A stretch of DNA of 64,000 bases from Candidatus Latescibacterota bacterium (GCA_965219995.1 CBDCOX010000002.1:1536001-1600000), one strand, 5' to 3'. Numbered from the stretch's first letter, positions 51,231 to 60,579 are shown. The notes: a model not told the origin generated them from the sequence alone. Program-made: numbers and translations.

Positions 51231-52148
51231 CTACTCGGGAGCCCCAAGTTCACGGAGTCTATCAATTTCCCGGTAGACCGCACGTTGTTCACGGTCCAGA
51301 GTGCCGTCCGGCCCGGTGCGCCATCTCTGACGCGCCAATGCATAACCCAAGGGCGTGACTTCCTTGATTTCGCTGCCTACATAACATCTCGCCCGCATGG
51401 ATAGATCCGGTCCGTGTCGCAGGAGACAATCGAAGGCTTCGTAGCAAGAGCCAAAGGCGCGCCCAATTGTGTGAAAGATGGGCGTCTGTTCACCGGTTCC
51501 ATCAAAGATGATCTGGGTACGTCGCCCATCATTCGTCTCATGGATCGGACCGATCGCATCAATGTCAGCTCCATAATTGAGCAACAGCTCCACGAACTCC
51601 GCATCGTTGTGGGCCGCAGCCACGTGAAGCAACGTGCCGCTGGTTGGTATGGCGTGCGAAGTGTCTTCGTGGATCTGGTGAATCAATAACGGGTCCCGTT
51701 GAATTCGCCGCTCAAGGGAACTCAAATCGCCGCGATGAATATCCATGTAGGGTCCATCTTCATAATCAGCTCCGGCGTCGATGAGAACATTCACGAATTC
51801 GTAACGCCACTGACCGGCAGAACCCAACCCGGCCATGAGTCCCGGATTGGGTCGCACGCCACGAGCGAGTAGACGCTTGACCTGCGCCATGTCCCGATTC
51901 CCAACGCAATGGGCAAGCGAGTGGTTCAGGAAATCAAGGTTTGCGCCCGCGGCTAATAGCGCATCAATGCTTCCCTGTTGATCGCGCGCATTTGCGTAAC
52001 GGATCGGCGTGATCAATCGCCGGCGTCCCTTGCTATCGGTCCATAGGAACTCCTGGCCGATCTGAGTTGGATCCCGATCCAGAAGTTCATTGATGCGCGA
52101 GATATCGCCTTTCTCAATGGCTCTCTTCAACGGATTATCGGTGCCCAT
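51231..52148 (-). CDS. Ankyrin repeat protein (cassette)
   Basis: TLLHVAAAHND, LLNYGADIDA, TPLGYAL. Confidence 0.85.
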   Translation of the reverse strand: MGTDNPLKRAIEKGDISRINELLDRDPTQIGQEFLWTDSKGRRRLITPIRYANARDQQGSIDALLAAGANLDFLNHSLAHCVGNRDMAQVKRLLARGVRPNPGLMAGLGSAGQWRYEFVNVLIDAGADYEDGPYMDIHRGDLSSLERRIQRDPLLIHQIHEDTSHAIPTSGTLLHVAAAHNDAEFVELLLNYGADIDAIGPIHETNDGRRTQIIFDGTGEQTPIFHTIGRAFGSCYEAFDCLLRHGPDLSMRARCYVGSEIKEVTPLGYALARQRWRTGPDGTLDREQRAVYREIDRLRELGAPE

Positions 52149-52525
52149 GCCTATTCGATGTTGTGATTTGGAATTTCACATAACTACGGTATTACCAAAC
52201 AGTTACGGTAATTTGTATCTGGTCGGAGGATCTGCGAACGTTCGATTACGTTGGCACTTATAGCCGAAGATGTTGCGGATCCCGGATCTTCTGTCAACTG
52301 ACTCGACCACGTGATTGTGGGCCACTGTCCAGGTCGCTTAAGCGGTCGTAGCGTCCCGGCTGCGCGAGGGTTTCCCACGTTATTCCCCTGCCCTGAGACG
52401 ACCCAATTCGATCACGGTCGGCATCGTCACCTCCCCCTTGGGACCCAATCCCGCAACCGTCCGGAAATTTCTCAACGCCTGACGTGTGGCCTCGCTTAGT
52501 TCACTGTCCACCAGCCCGGTACGAT

Positions 52526-53026
52526 TCACGCCTCATCAGCGCAGTCGTCCTTCTTCTCGTGGCGTAATGTGCGTTCAAGTTCTGCCAGGAATCCGCTCTC
52601 ACTAATAAATCCTGAAAATCCTCCGTAGTCGCTCAAGTCTGAACAGGCTGTCAGAATCGAATTTGCCGCCATATCACTGGATATCTTCGCTTTAATCCCA
52701 TTCAAATAAGATTCAAGATCCGGACGGTCCTGCAAAGCGCCTAACGCTCTGGGCCTGATTCCGGCGATTTCACGTTCCACGTCAATTCGCCATCCCTTAT
52801 GCTTGAGAAATGACCGAAACGCGATTTCCTCGGCTTTTTCCAGATGACCATCGATATAGAGCGTCATCACCGCAGCTTCAAGAAAGGCCAATTGTTCATC
52901 TGTCGTAAGCTTTCGCGGATCGATAATTGAGCGCATTCTGGAACTGAAGAGCTTAAAGAGAGTGCCTACGAGGATTGGTGCAAGAATGAAAATAGCTATC
53001 ACTGCAATTGAGTCATCTGAGAACAT
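52526..53026 (-). CDS. Hypothetical protein with N-terminal TM helix, TerB-like
   Basis: IDGHLEKAE motif; start at MFSDD after aggggg. Confidence 0.55.
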   Translation of the reverse strand: MFSDDSIAVIAIFILAPILVGTLFKLFSSRMRSIIDPRKLTTDEQLAFLEAAVMTLYIDGHLEKAEEIAFRSFLKHKGWRIDVEREIAGIRPRALGALQDRPDLESYLNGIKAKISSDMAANSILTACSDLSDYGGFSGFISESGFLAELERTLRHEKKDDCADEA

Positions 53027-53230
53027 CGATCCCCCTGCAACAGGTGTTTGTCCTATTTGTCTGACGTTCGGCGAACATACCGACGGCAAGTCGGGTGAGG
53101 GATGGGACGGACCGAGCCGCAAGTGCTGCCGTCACCCGACGCCGGGACGATCGTGCTGCACTCCATGACGCCGAGGCCGCGAACCAGCGACATCCGCTAA
53201 TCGATTCAGCCCCGCGCGTTTCACATTGTT

Positions 53231-53857
53231 TCACATCATCAGGAAGTTCCTGCCATACTGATACGCGGTCTCGAGATTTCTTGCCCTGTTGCTCGATGTT
53301 GCAAAGTGATCCGCCATACCAGGGAGGAGCGCGAACTCACAATGCTTCACACCCGCGTCAGGGCGGAGGCGATCATGGGTGTATAACCGCCTCATGGCTT
53401 CAGCAATTCCAGTCTCTTCCAAACCTTCCAGAGTATTCCCCACCGGACAGAGAACGAGAGCCCTTTCGACTGAGAGTCGAGGAAACGGATAGGTCTCCCC
53501 GGCAAACTGGTACTCGTAGGCGTATCCGCAGACCCAAACCCGGTCGAACCATCCCTTCAGCTTTGCCGGACAATCGCTCCACCAGACGGGAAAGACAAAG
53601 GCCAGGCCGTCTGCCCTGCCGATCTTGCTGTGTTCGGCCTGCACGTCCAATGGTATGGGGAGAGTGGCGCGATTGCCCTGGACGTTCATCTCGCGAACGT
53701 ACTCATCCGGACTCATCTCGCATTTGAAGTCCATTTCATACAGGTCGCCGATCTCGTATGAATGCCCTCCGTCGTCGAGTCCTCGACACAACTCGCCCAA
53801 GACCTTCCCGGTAAAGGACCCTCTCGTCGGGTGCGCAAAGACGACGTATGCATGCAT
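53231..53857 (-). CDS. NAD(P)H-dependent oxidoreductase (flavodoxin-like, quinone reductase type)
   Basis: FAHP, DLY, FPVWWSDCPAKLKGWFDRV. Confidence 0.9.
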   Translation of the reverse strand: MHAYVVFAHPTRGSFTGKVLGELCRGLDDGGHSYEIGDLYEMDFKCEMSPDEYVREMNVQGNRATLPIPLDVQAEHSKIGRADGLAFVFPVWWSDCPAKLKGWFDRVWVCGYAYEYQFAGETYPFPRLSVERALVLCPVGNTLEGLEETGIAEAMRRLYTHDRLRPDAGVKHCEFALLPGMADHFATSSNRARNLETAYQYGRNFLMM

Positions 53858-53986
53858 AAAAAGGTTCTCCGTCAAAAGCGGTGTGGGACACGCCGCCCAT
53901 GATTTTGATATCTATCCCCGGTTGGGCGTATCGACAATCCGTTAACTGACCCCTGATGCTCGGTTAAGGGTTCGCGCCGGCGACAT

Positions 53987-54859
53987 TCATCCTCCCATCA
54001 TGTCCGGTTGAGGAAGTCCAAGTTCCTGAATCGTCCACTCAAGACCTGTAATTAGATGCGCCCTCTGCAGTTTGCGAACCAACGTTGTATGAGGCAGGTC
54101 CGGCAACCCTGCACGCGAAGCGAAATAACCCGTAACGTACGACGCCAGGTGACCCGCGCCCGCAAGGATATCCCGTGGTGGCGGTCCACCCTCGTGGCGA
54201 AGGCCGGGCAGCCAAAAGGCAATGTCGAGGTCGGGATTGCCGGAGCAGGCGTTGTTCCAGTCGATCAATACAGCCCGGTCGGCGCGAAAGCAGATATTGT
54301 CACTTCTCACGTCAAGATGGACAAGCGCCTTGCCTTCCGGTTCAACGCGATCGTGCGCCTCCAGAAGGGTGGGTAGACACTCTGTCAACCACGATTCGCT
54401 TGCAACGCGTATCGACAGGAAGGCCTCGGGGTGCTCCGCAACGTCGTGCCAACCTCTATGGGCAAAGGCCTCGCGATATTCAGGCACACTCGCCTGGCTC
54501 CCATGTATCATTGCCAGGCTGTCAAGAACCATATCGATACCTGAGGTCGTCCAGGGCGGAGGCCATAGGTTCCCGGACAGATCCTCCAATATCAGCAACG
54601 GAGGTTCCTCCTCGTCCCACGCAAGAGCGGCCGCCATGAAATCGCCGGAAAGTTGGCGATAGATCGAAATCTCGGAATGTAGCCACCTACTGGTGCGCCG
54701 GTCCGTCGCACACTTCGCAAATGCCGTGTTTCCGTCCCGGAAATTTACGATTCTTCGGCAGGCGTTTGTGTAACCTCCCTGAACCGGTAGCAGCCGGTCC
54801 ACTTCTCGTCCGGTCAGATCCGCTATTCGCGATTCAAGTACTTCGCAGCTATAATCCAT
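53987..54859 (-). CDS. APH-like phosphotransferase
   Basis: LVHLDVRSDN, LIDWN. Confidence 0.85.
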   Translation of the reverse strand: MDYSCEVLESRIADLTGREVDRLLPVQGGYTNACRRIVNFRDGNTAFAKCATDRRTSRWLHSEISIYRQLSGDFMAAALAWDEEEPPLLILEDLSGNLWPPPWTTSGIDMVLDSLAMIHGSQASVPEYREAFAHRGWHDVAEHPEAFLSIRVASESWLTECLPTLLEAHDRVEPEGKALVHLDVRSDNICFRADRAVLIDWNNACSGNPDLDIAFWLPGLRHEGGPPPRDILAGAGHLASYVTGYFASRAGLPDLPHTTLVRKLQRAHLITGLEWTIQELGLPQPDMMGG

Positions 54860-55012
54860 GGCCCGCCTGAAGGAGATAACAGACAACGTGGCGCCGTATT
54901 GCGTACCTCGAAGGTGATTGAACAAGACCAGCGCGTCATCCGTCAAGCTAAGGACAGGCTTTGCCGCAAAGCGGAAGCCGGTTGTCAGTCGGTATACGGG
55001 GTTTTGCGGAGC

Positions 55013-55633
55013 CTACCGGCAGGCCTTCGACAGCGGCTGGTCCTCAGACACCGTGATATACCTCCTCGGAATTGTGATCCCCTTGTCCTTTCTGATCGCC
55101 TGCACTCCCGGAGCGACGTGCCCTCCACGGTAATCCAAAACAGGAACCAGGGAGTGGACAGTCGCACGCACGACTTCGTGCCCCGTTCGACAGTCGTATC
55201 CGAGATCCATAGCCGGGCGCCCTCGCCTGGTTACATGCTTGCACTCGAAACCGTGCGCGTGATCGACGACATACAGACCGGGAAAATTAGACCGCACCTC
55301 TATCCGAAGCAGGTAGTCGCCCACGGCATGTCGTACCATTTCAAGTGGCAGATCGCCGAAATATGACCCGCTGAGCCATTTCGGGTCCGGCGACAGCAAG
55401 CCCTCAACAAAGAAACATCCCTCGAATTCCGGCGTCAGATCGGTCGCGAGAACCGGAAGCCTTGCCCGCAGGCCTCCCGAGTCCATAATCTCGTCGAGTT
55501 TGTTCCGGTGCGTGTAGTGGTAGAATACGACGTTGCCCGCGTCGGATTTCTCGATCCTGGCAGGATCGCCTTTGTACCCGAGGTCGGCCAGGAACGTCCC
55601 CCTGCACGTAAGAAAAGTCTCGCAGACTCTCAT
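55013..55633 (-). CDS. Hypothetical protein with YHYT motif
   Basis: VFYHYTHRNKLDEIMDSGGL. Confidence 0.65.
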   Translation of the reverse strand: MRVCETFLTCRGTFLADLGYKGDPARIEKSDAGNVVFYHYTHRNKLDEIMDSGGLRARLPVLATDLTPEFEGCFFVEGLLSPDPKWLSGSYFGDLPLEMVRHAVGDYLLRIEVRSNFPGLYVVDHAHGFECKHVTRRGRPAMDLGYDCRTGHEVVRATVHSLVPVLDYRGGHVAPGVQAIRKDKGITIPRRYITVSEDQPLSKACR

Positions 55634-55686
55634 TATGCCAAACCAGAATTCAAGATTGAAAAGGGATGGAAACTCCGGTGTATTGC

Positions 55687-55938
55687 TCAGTTCGGCGCTT
55701 GCGCAAAGGACTCGACGGATGACGTGTACGCGAGGCTTCCGGTCTGCATCGCATTCAAAACCTTCGACAAGTCGTCACCGCCTCCTGCGACCTGATCAAG
55801 TCGATATGCTTCGCGCAGCCGCTCGAGCTCAGGATGTGAGACCTCGTATTGGAAGCCTGGCGCCGACTCGTCCGGTAACGAATCAAACTCGTCAAACAAG
55901 CGTAAGAGCCCGCAGTTTAGCCTGAACTGGTAATTCAT
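55687..55938 (-). pseudogene. Internally deleted copy of the transglutaminase-like gene
   Basis: First 65 and last 18 residues match 49727-50623; 215 codons missing in frame. Confidence 0.9.
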
Positions 55939-55979
55939 CGTCACTGCCTCAAGTTATGTTGATTCTCTCTTCCCACTTT

Positions 55980-56080
55980 ATAAATCGTTCATCCGTTACC
56001 GAACCCCGGGAGCACAGCGAAGTGGGTTGCCGGAGGCCAAGCCGCCACCGGCCCCGCAGCGCAACACCGTGCTGTTAGAC
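55980..56080 (-). mobile_element. attC-like site (R'' GTCTAAC, R' GATTTAT)
   Basis: Minus strand GTCTAAC-agcac-GGTGTTGC, matching the site at 57554; upstream gene stop TAA lies within R''; L' degenerate. Confidence 0.75.
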
Positions 56081-57523
56081 GGTGTCGCCCCCTGCATTCA
56101 GATGCTGATCAGCAAATCTTTGGTAGACATCAGAGTCCGGTTTGCTCGCGCTGTGGAGCCAATTCACTGATGTCGCCATCATATAGGGACGCCACATTGG
56201 ACTTACGATTCCGTAATTTTGGAATATCGCGACTGGGAACTTGTAGTCGTGTGCGTCAGGGTTGGCCTTTCTCTGGACAAGCTGACGCGATCTGCGCAAA
56301 AACGTGTCCAGGCCAAACGCCTTCTTGCCATATGTGAACGCCAACTTCTCCGCTTCTTCAATTCCAGACCTGTCCTCTATCTGTTGCCTCATCTCTCGAC
56401 TTGGGAGCAGCGAGAACACTTCCTCCGTCGCGTCCTCACTCGATTCAATGCCTTCCTTCGGGGCAAGGTCCGTAATCTTCCTGTCCCGCAAATTCCCGTG
56501 TTCGTGCTCAATGCCAATAAAGTTCGCGACCCATCCCACCGCTTGCAACAGAACGAAGAGCCGAGTCGTCTGACTCACAGTATCCTCGAACGCATAGTGC
56601 ATCGCGTTGGCTACGGTATTCGAATGCAATGGACGCGTGTTAATGCCTCCGGATCCTGCGTATCCCCCCTGTTTATGTCGGTGCATGAACTCACCAGCCG
56701 AAAGGAAAACTGCGTCCCAGACTGCTCCGGCAGGCACCCCAGAATCGACTATCTGACTGTACGCCATATCAGTGGCGCGATCCATCTCGCCAGCGCGAAT
56801 CTCCGAAAGCAACTCCAAAGTGGAGGTCTCATCGAAGCCTGCTCTCACCCAATCTGGCGCCAAACTCGAAGCCCTCGTGGCTCGTTCCATGTTCTCTCGG
56901 TATGGTTGCGAATCCAAGTCCCCAACGCGAGACATCAGATCCGATACGATGAATCGAAGGATTGGCTCAGAGTAGTGCCATCCCACGGTTTGGAGACTTC
57001 GCCAACAATTAGCGACAGCTATGATCTTGTGGCCGATGAAGCCCCATTCCTTCGCCCCATAGTGCCAGAGTTCCTCGATAATGTCACGCGGGCTCCACGA
57101 CCTACTCAGCCCAATCAGGGATCGCTCGGCTCGCCCTTGATCCCAGGAGTCCATCGCTTCTCTGAATTCCAGCAATGCTTTATCGCCCGTTGGGTATACG
57201 CCTTCCAGAGCGTCACGTGGCGGCTTTGCGTAATTCTCTTGAGCCCTCTTCAGGCTGTCGAGACCCCAAAAGACAGGGATGAGTCGATCTGCCCCAACTG
57301 AATCCAGGCTCATCTGATGAGCGGAATAAACCAGATACACTTCGTGATGCGTGCCTTCACAGGAACTGGCGGCAACCAGTAGGGCTGCAAGTGCCTGCCT
57401 GTACGTGAGCCCCTTTCTGAACTCGTCGGCAAGCATCTCAACCGCTCCTTCACGCGGCACATCTATCATTCGCTTGACAATGGGCTGAAGAGCCTCGCTC
57501 AGCTCTGTATGTCGTAGCGTCAT
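56075..57523 (-). CDS. Hypothetical alpha-helical protein with recurring His motifs (cassette)
   Basis: GHKII, HSNTVANA, HDYKF; flanked by GTTAGAC/GTCTAAC. Confidence 0.75.
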   Translation of the reverse strand: MTLRHTELSEALQPIVKRMIDVPREGAVEMLADEFRKGLTYRQALAALLVAASSCEGTHHEVYLVYSAHQMSLDSVGADRLIPVFWGLDSLKRAQENYAKPPRDALEGVYPTGDKALLEFREAMDSWDQGRAERSLIGLSRSWSPRDIIEELWHYGAKEWGFIGHKIIAVANCWRSLQTVGWHYSEPILRFIVSDLMSRVGDLDSQPYRENMERATRASSLAPDWVRAGFDETSTLELLSEIRAGEMDRATDMAYSQIVDSGVPAGAVWDAVFLSAGEFMHRHKQGGYAGSGGINTRPLHSNTVANAMHYAFEDTVSQTTRLFVLLQAVGWVANFIGIEHEHGNLRDRKITDLAPKEGIESSEDATEEVFSLLPSREMRQQIEDRSGIEEAEKLAFTYGKKAFGLDTFLRRSRQLVQRKANPDAHDYKFPVAIFQNYGIVSPMWRPYMMATSVNWLHSASKPDSDVYQRFADQHLNAGGDTV

Positions 57524-57553
57524 GGGTTCACCTCATACCTATTGGGCGATACC

Positions 57554-57645
57554 GTCTAACGTCTCGCCGGTTTGCGAACAGCGAAGGTGGTTGCCCAAGG
57601 CAAAGGCGATAGTAGCCGTCGCAGCGCAACACCGTGCTGTCAGCG
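57554..57645 (-). mobile_element. attC site (best preserved)
   Basis: Minus strand CGCTGAC-agcac-GGT(G)TTGC ... GCAAACC-ggcgagac-GTTAGAC; extrahelical base at position 4 of L''; R' fits GTTRRRY. Confidence 0.85.
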
Positions 57646-57682
57646 GACGTGGCATCCTGGTCGGGCCTTACAATGCAGACCG

Positions 57683-58291
57683 CTATTCAGACAGAAACCG
57701 TTGCCAGCGATGACCCTCGGGATACAAGACTTCCAACCCGGCTCCCAACCATCTCTTTGCCTCGGCGGACATCAGCGGCAGGCAGGTCTGAAAGTCCAGG
57801 TCATCTTTCGAACGAGGATTCTTGGCTTTGTGCAGAAGCTGGACCTCAATCCGTATACAGGGAACACTCCCGTATGCAACGATCAAGTCGCCTCGCTGCC
57901 CGCCAATCAGTCTGCTGCGCTTGCTGAACCACCTGTCGCCTTCGCTTTCGGTCAACATGATCTGAAGCTGCCATACCTGTATGCCGGCATGGCCCCATAT
58001 GTCATGTATCCCGTAAGGCAAGTATTCTGATTCGGCCCATGGTCGCAATGAACCGGGCGGATCGGCCGCGTACAGATGCCAATCCGAGAGCCAGCGCTTT
58101 ACCTCGAGTTGTTGATCCCGGTACACGATGACGTCAATATCACCGTGGTCCCGTACACGGGTTCCCACGAACTGCTCTACCGCATGGCCGCCGGCGAGTC
58201 CCCACATGAAAGGAGCGTTGGCGAACAATTTCGTCAACTCCTTGACGGACAAGGGTTTCCATTGGCTGAAGGGAATCTCAGGAGTGGTCAT
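57683..58291 (-). CDS. Nucleotidyltransferase, ANT(2'')/lincosamide nucleotidyltransferase-like (cassette)
   Basis: WGLAGGHAV....G...RDHGDIDV, QLLHK, KD..D. Confidence 0.8.
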   Translation of the reverse strand: MTTPEIPFSQWKPLSVKELTKLFANAPFMWGLAGGHAVEQFVGTRVRDHGDIDVIVYRDQQLEVKRWLSDWHLYAADPPGSLRPWAESEYLPYGIHDIWGHAGIQVWQLQIMLTESEGDRWFSKRSRLIGGQRGDLIVAYGSVPCIRIEVQLLHKAKNPRSKDDLDFQTCLPLMSAEAKRWLGAGLEVLYPEGHRWQRFLSE

Positions 58292-58317
58292 ACAGTTCGC
58301 ATTCTGCGCACAAACGA

Positions 58318-58346
58318 CGTCCGCTAATGCGCGAGCATTGCGGACG
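58318..58346. other. Hairpin between sigma-factor gene and nucleotidyltransferase cassette
   Basis: cgtccgc(t)aatgc-gcga-gcattgcggacg. Confidence 0.6.
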
Positions 58347-58439
58347 CAGCACCTTGTCGATCAGTGTATGAGATTCCTGGTACTCAGTCAACGACTCTCG
58401 CAGGTCCGTTTGGGCGAAGTGACGAAGGAGCGGAGAATC

Positions 58440-60254
58440 TTATAGATCTTCATTCGGCATCTGCGGATGTTGGGCAGGAAAGAGCGCATCCAGGAGCTCT
58501 GCCGCATCTCCTGTAAACAACATGCCCAACCGTTCGGCAATTTCACCAGGTGGTTCTTTTCCAATGATGATTTGTGCAAACTCATGACCACATTCAATGG
58601 TGTTTTCTGCTTTGCCGCCGGGCTGCACAGAGATTTCACTGTTGTCGATGGATAGCACTGCAGACTGGTCCGGGATAGAAATCTTCAATGTGCCCATGAA
58701 ATCTCCGAGACCCGATTTTCGTATACGTCGAGACAGTTCAGGTGCGATCTTACTCAGCGTCGTCTCCAGGTTGATGATGCGAATCTGGTTCCCCGTCCGA
58801 CCATTGTGGTTTCTGGCTGAATAAAGATGAGGCAACTGTCGCACGCGTCGTGCCAGCGCGCTGCGCCAGGGGAGTCGGACGAATTGCACCCTGGGTCCCT
58901 GGTATTGCCGGGCAAGTTGCCCTAAAACGCGCAGGATCTGTTCCGGATCACCGGCTGAATCCGTATGACGCAGGTCGCGTCCCTCGTGATCTTTCTCTGT
59001 ATTCGGGCCATCGTAGAGATAACCCACCGCACGTCCGGTTTTATCGTTGAAAATGTACGCTGTCCACGGATCGTCGTCTTCCGGCGGGCATTTGCCTCTT
59101 CGGTATGTTGGACGGACGGTCGTGCCGGTCAATCCGTCGTGCCATCGATTGTGAAGTTCGGCCAGGTCTCTGCGCCCGTGAATCACGTTGACATGTACTT
59201 CCTCCAGCTCTATTTCCGGCGCTGCTTCAGGCAGGTGCTCGGTGTCTATAAAATACGTCTCCTGATCCGGCCAGGCAAGCACGTAGCCGAAATTCGCAAA
59301 GCGATCGAGCGGTTCGGTACGTGTACACGACATATCATAGCCATGGGCATACATGGCGTCCAGCGCCGCCTGAATTGTTGCCGCGTAGATCCCCTCATCC
59401 CGATAGTCGGGATGCACGGTCGGCAGATTGATGCCCCCGGTCCGGACTGTTGCGCTGCCGATGCGCATCGACAGATCGTAAATGCCCGCGTGCGTGACCA
59501 CATCACCATCCATCGTTCCGATCCGCGACGTCAGCCAGTCGTAGTGACTGTGCGCGATGCGTCCTGCGCGACACTGACGGCTGATGGCGTTCCAGCGCCT
59601 ATCCAGCAACTCATAGATATCTTCGCTATGATCCGCTTTATCCGGCGCCAGGATTTCTCGCACACGGTCAATGAACCGCTCGTCCCGCGAAGGCCGGTTC
59701 TCATGTATATTGTCCTTCACCATATCGAATAGCCTTTCCTTGAGCCGTTTCCGCGCCGACCGCAAACGGTTCTTCACGACGGCGACTGACACACCCAGAA
59801 AAGCGGCCACTTCCCGCTGTGAATAATCCGAAATGTAGAACAAAGACACGGCCTGACGTTCGGTTTCGGGCAATGTGTCGATCGCTTCTCGCACAAGGCA
59901 CCGCATCTCGTTTTCTTCTGTTGTCCGATCCGGATGCCGGTCTTCCGATGCGATCTCGACAAGCTGTTCCATGGATACGATCTCGACCTTCTTTCCCCGG
60001 CGCGTGATCCGATCGCAATATTTGAACACGATCCTGCGCAACAGGGCAGGAAAAGCAAAGACATCGTACACGCGCTCCAGATTCACCCAGGCCTCTGTAA
60101 ACGCCTCCTGCGCCGCGTCCTGCGCCAGGTGAAAATCCCTCAACAACGCGAATCCGTATCCCACGGCGAGATCCTGGAAGTGTGTCACAATCTGCTCGTA
60201 GGCCTTCAGATCTCCTTGCTTCGCGCGTTCGAATATCGGTTTCAGTGTCTCCAT
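58440..60254 (-). CDS. ECF sigma-70 factor fused to Eis-like GNAT acetyltransferase
   Basis: AQDAAQEAF (region 2), YSQREVAAFLG...VKNRL (region 4), then TVHPDYRDEG and SCP2-like tail. Confidence 0.85.
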   Translation of the reverse strand: METLKPIFERAKQGDLKAYEQIVTHFQDLAVGYGFALLRDFHLAQDAAQEAFTEAWVNLERVYDVFAFPALLRRIVFKYCDRITRRGKKVEIVSMEQLVEIASEDRHPDRTTEENEMRCLVREAIDTLPETERQAVSLFYISDYSQREVAAFLGVSVAVVKNRLRSARKRLKERLFDMVKDNIHENRPSRDERFIDRVREILAPDKADHSEDIYELLDRRWNAISRQCRAGRIAHSHYDWLTSRIGTMDGDVVTHAGIYDLSMRIGSATVRTGGINLPTVHPDYRDEGIYAATIQAALDAMYAHGYDMSCTRTEPLDRFANFGYVLAWPDQETYFIDTEHLPEAAPEIELEEVHVNVIHGRRDLAELHNRWHDGLTGTTVRPTYRRGKCPPEDDDPWTAYIFNDKTGRAVGYLYDGPNTEKDHEGRDLRHTDSAGDPEQILRVLGQLARQYQGPRVQFVRLPWRSALARRVRQLPHLYSARNHNGRTGNQIRIINLETTLSKIAPELSRRIRKSGLGDFMGTLKISIPDQSAVLSIDNSEISVQPGGKAENTIECGHEFAQIIIGKEPPGEIAERLGMLFTGDAAELLDALFPAQHPQMPNEDL

Positions 60255-60579
60255 CTCGCTCCTCTGATTATGAAGGCCTTCACCGGTAATATCCCAATTG
60301 GGGTGGATTGGGTGTACTTATCCTATGTATTTTGGTCTCCTGAGAGGAACAGGAAGATCGCAAAATATTAATAAACAATGGTTTAAAAGATTCCAAAAGA
60401 CGAACGCCACATTGTGCTATTCGATGATATTGGGCCTGCCCGGAGAGTGTTCGGGGCTGGCAGTCGGAAGGAAATGAAGGGAGGGCCTAAAAAGGCTGGG
60501 TTGTTGGGGATTATTGTCAATGCCTGTTATATGTCGTCTTTTTCAGGGCGGTCAAATGTCGGCCTGCATTCCCGCCACT

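Noticed and set aside
34344-57301. Long plus-strand ORFs (e.g. 34344-35483, 41129-42439, 43898-44830, 56219-57301)
   Set aside because: They are antisense shadows of well-supported minus-strand genes in high-GC DNA and have no recognisable motifs.
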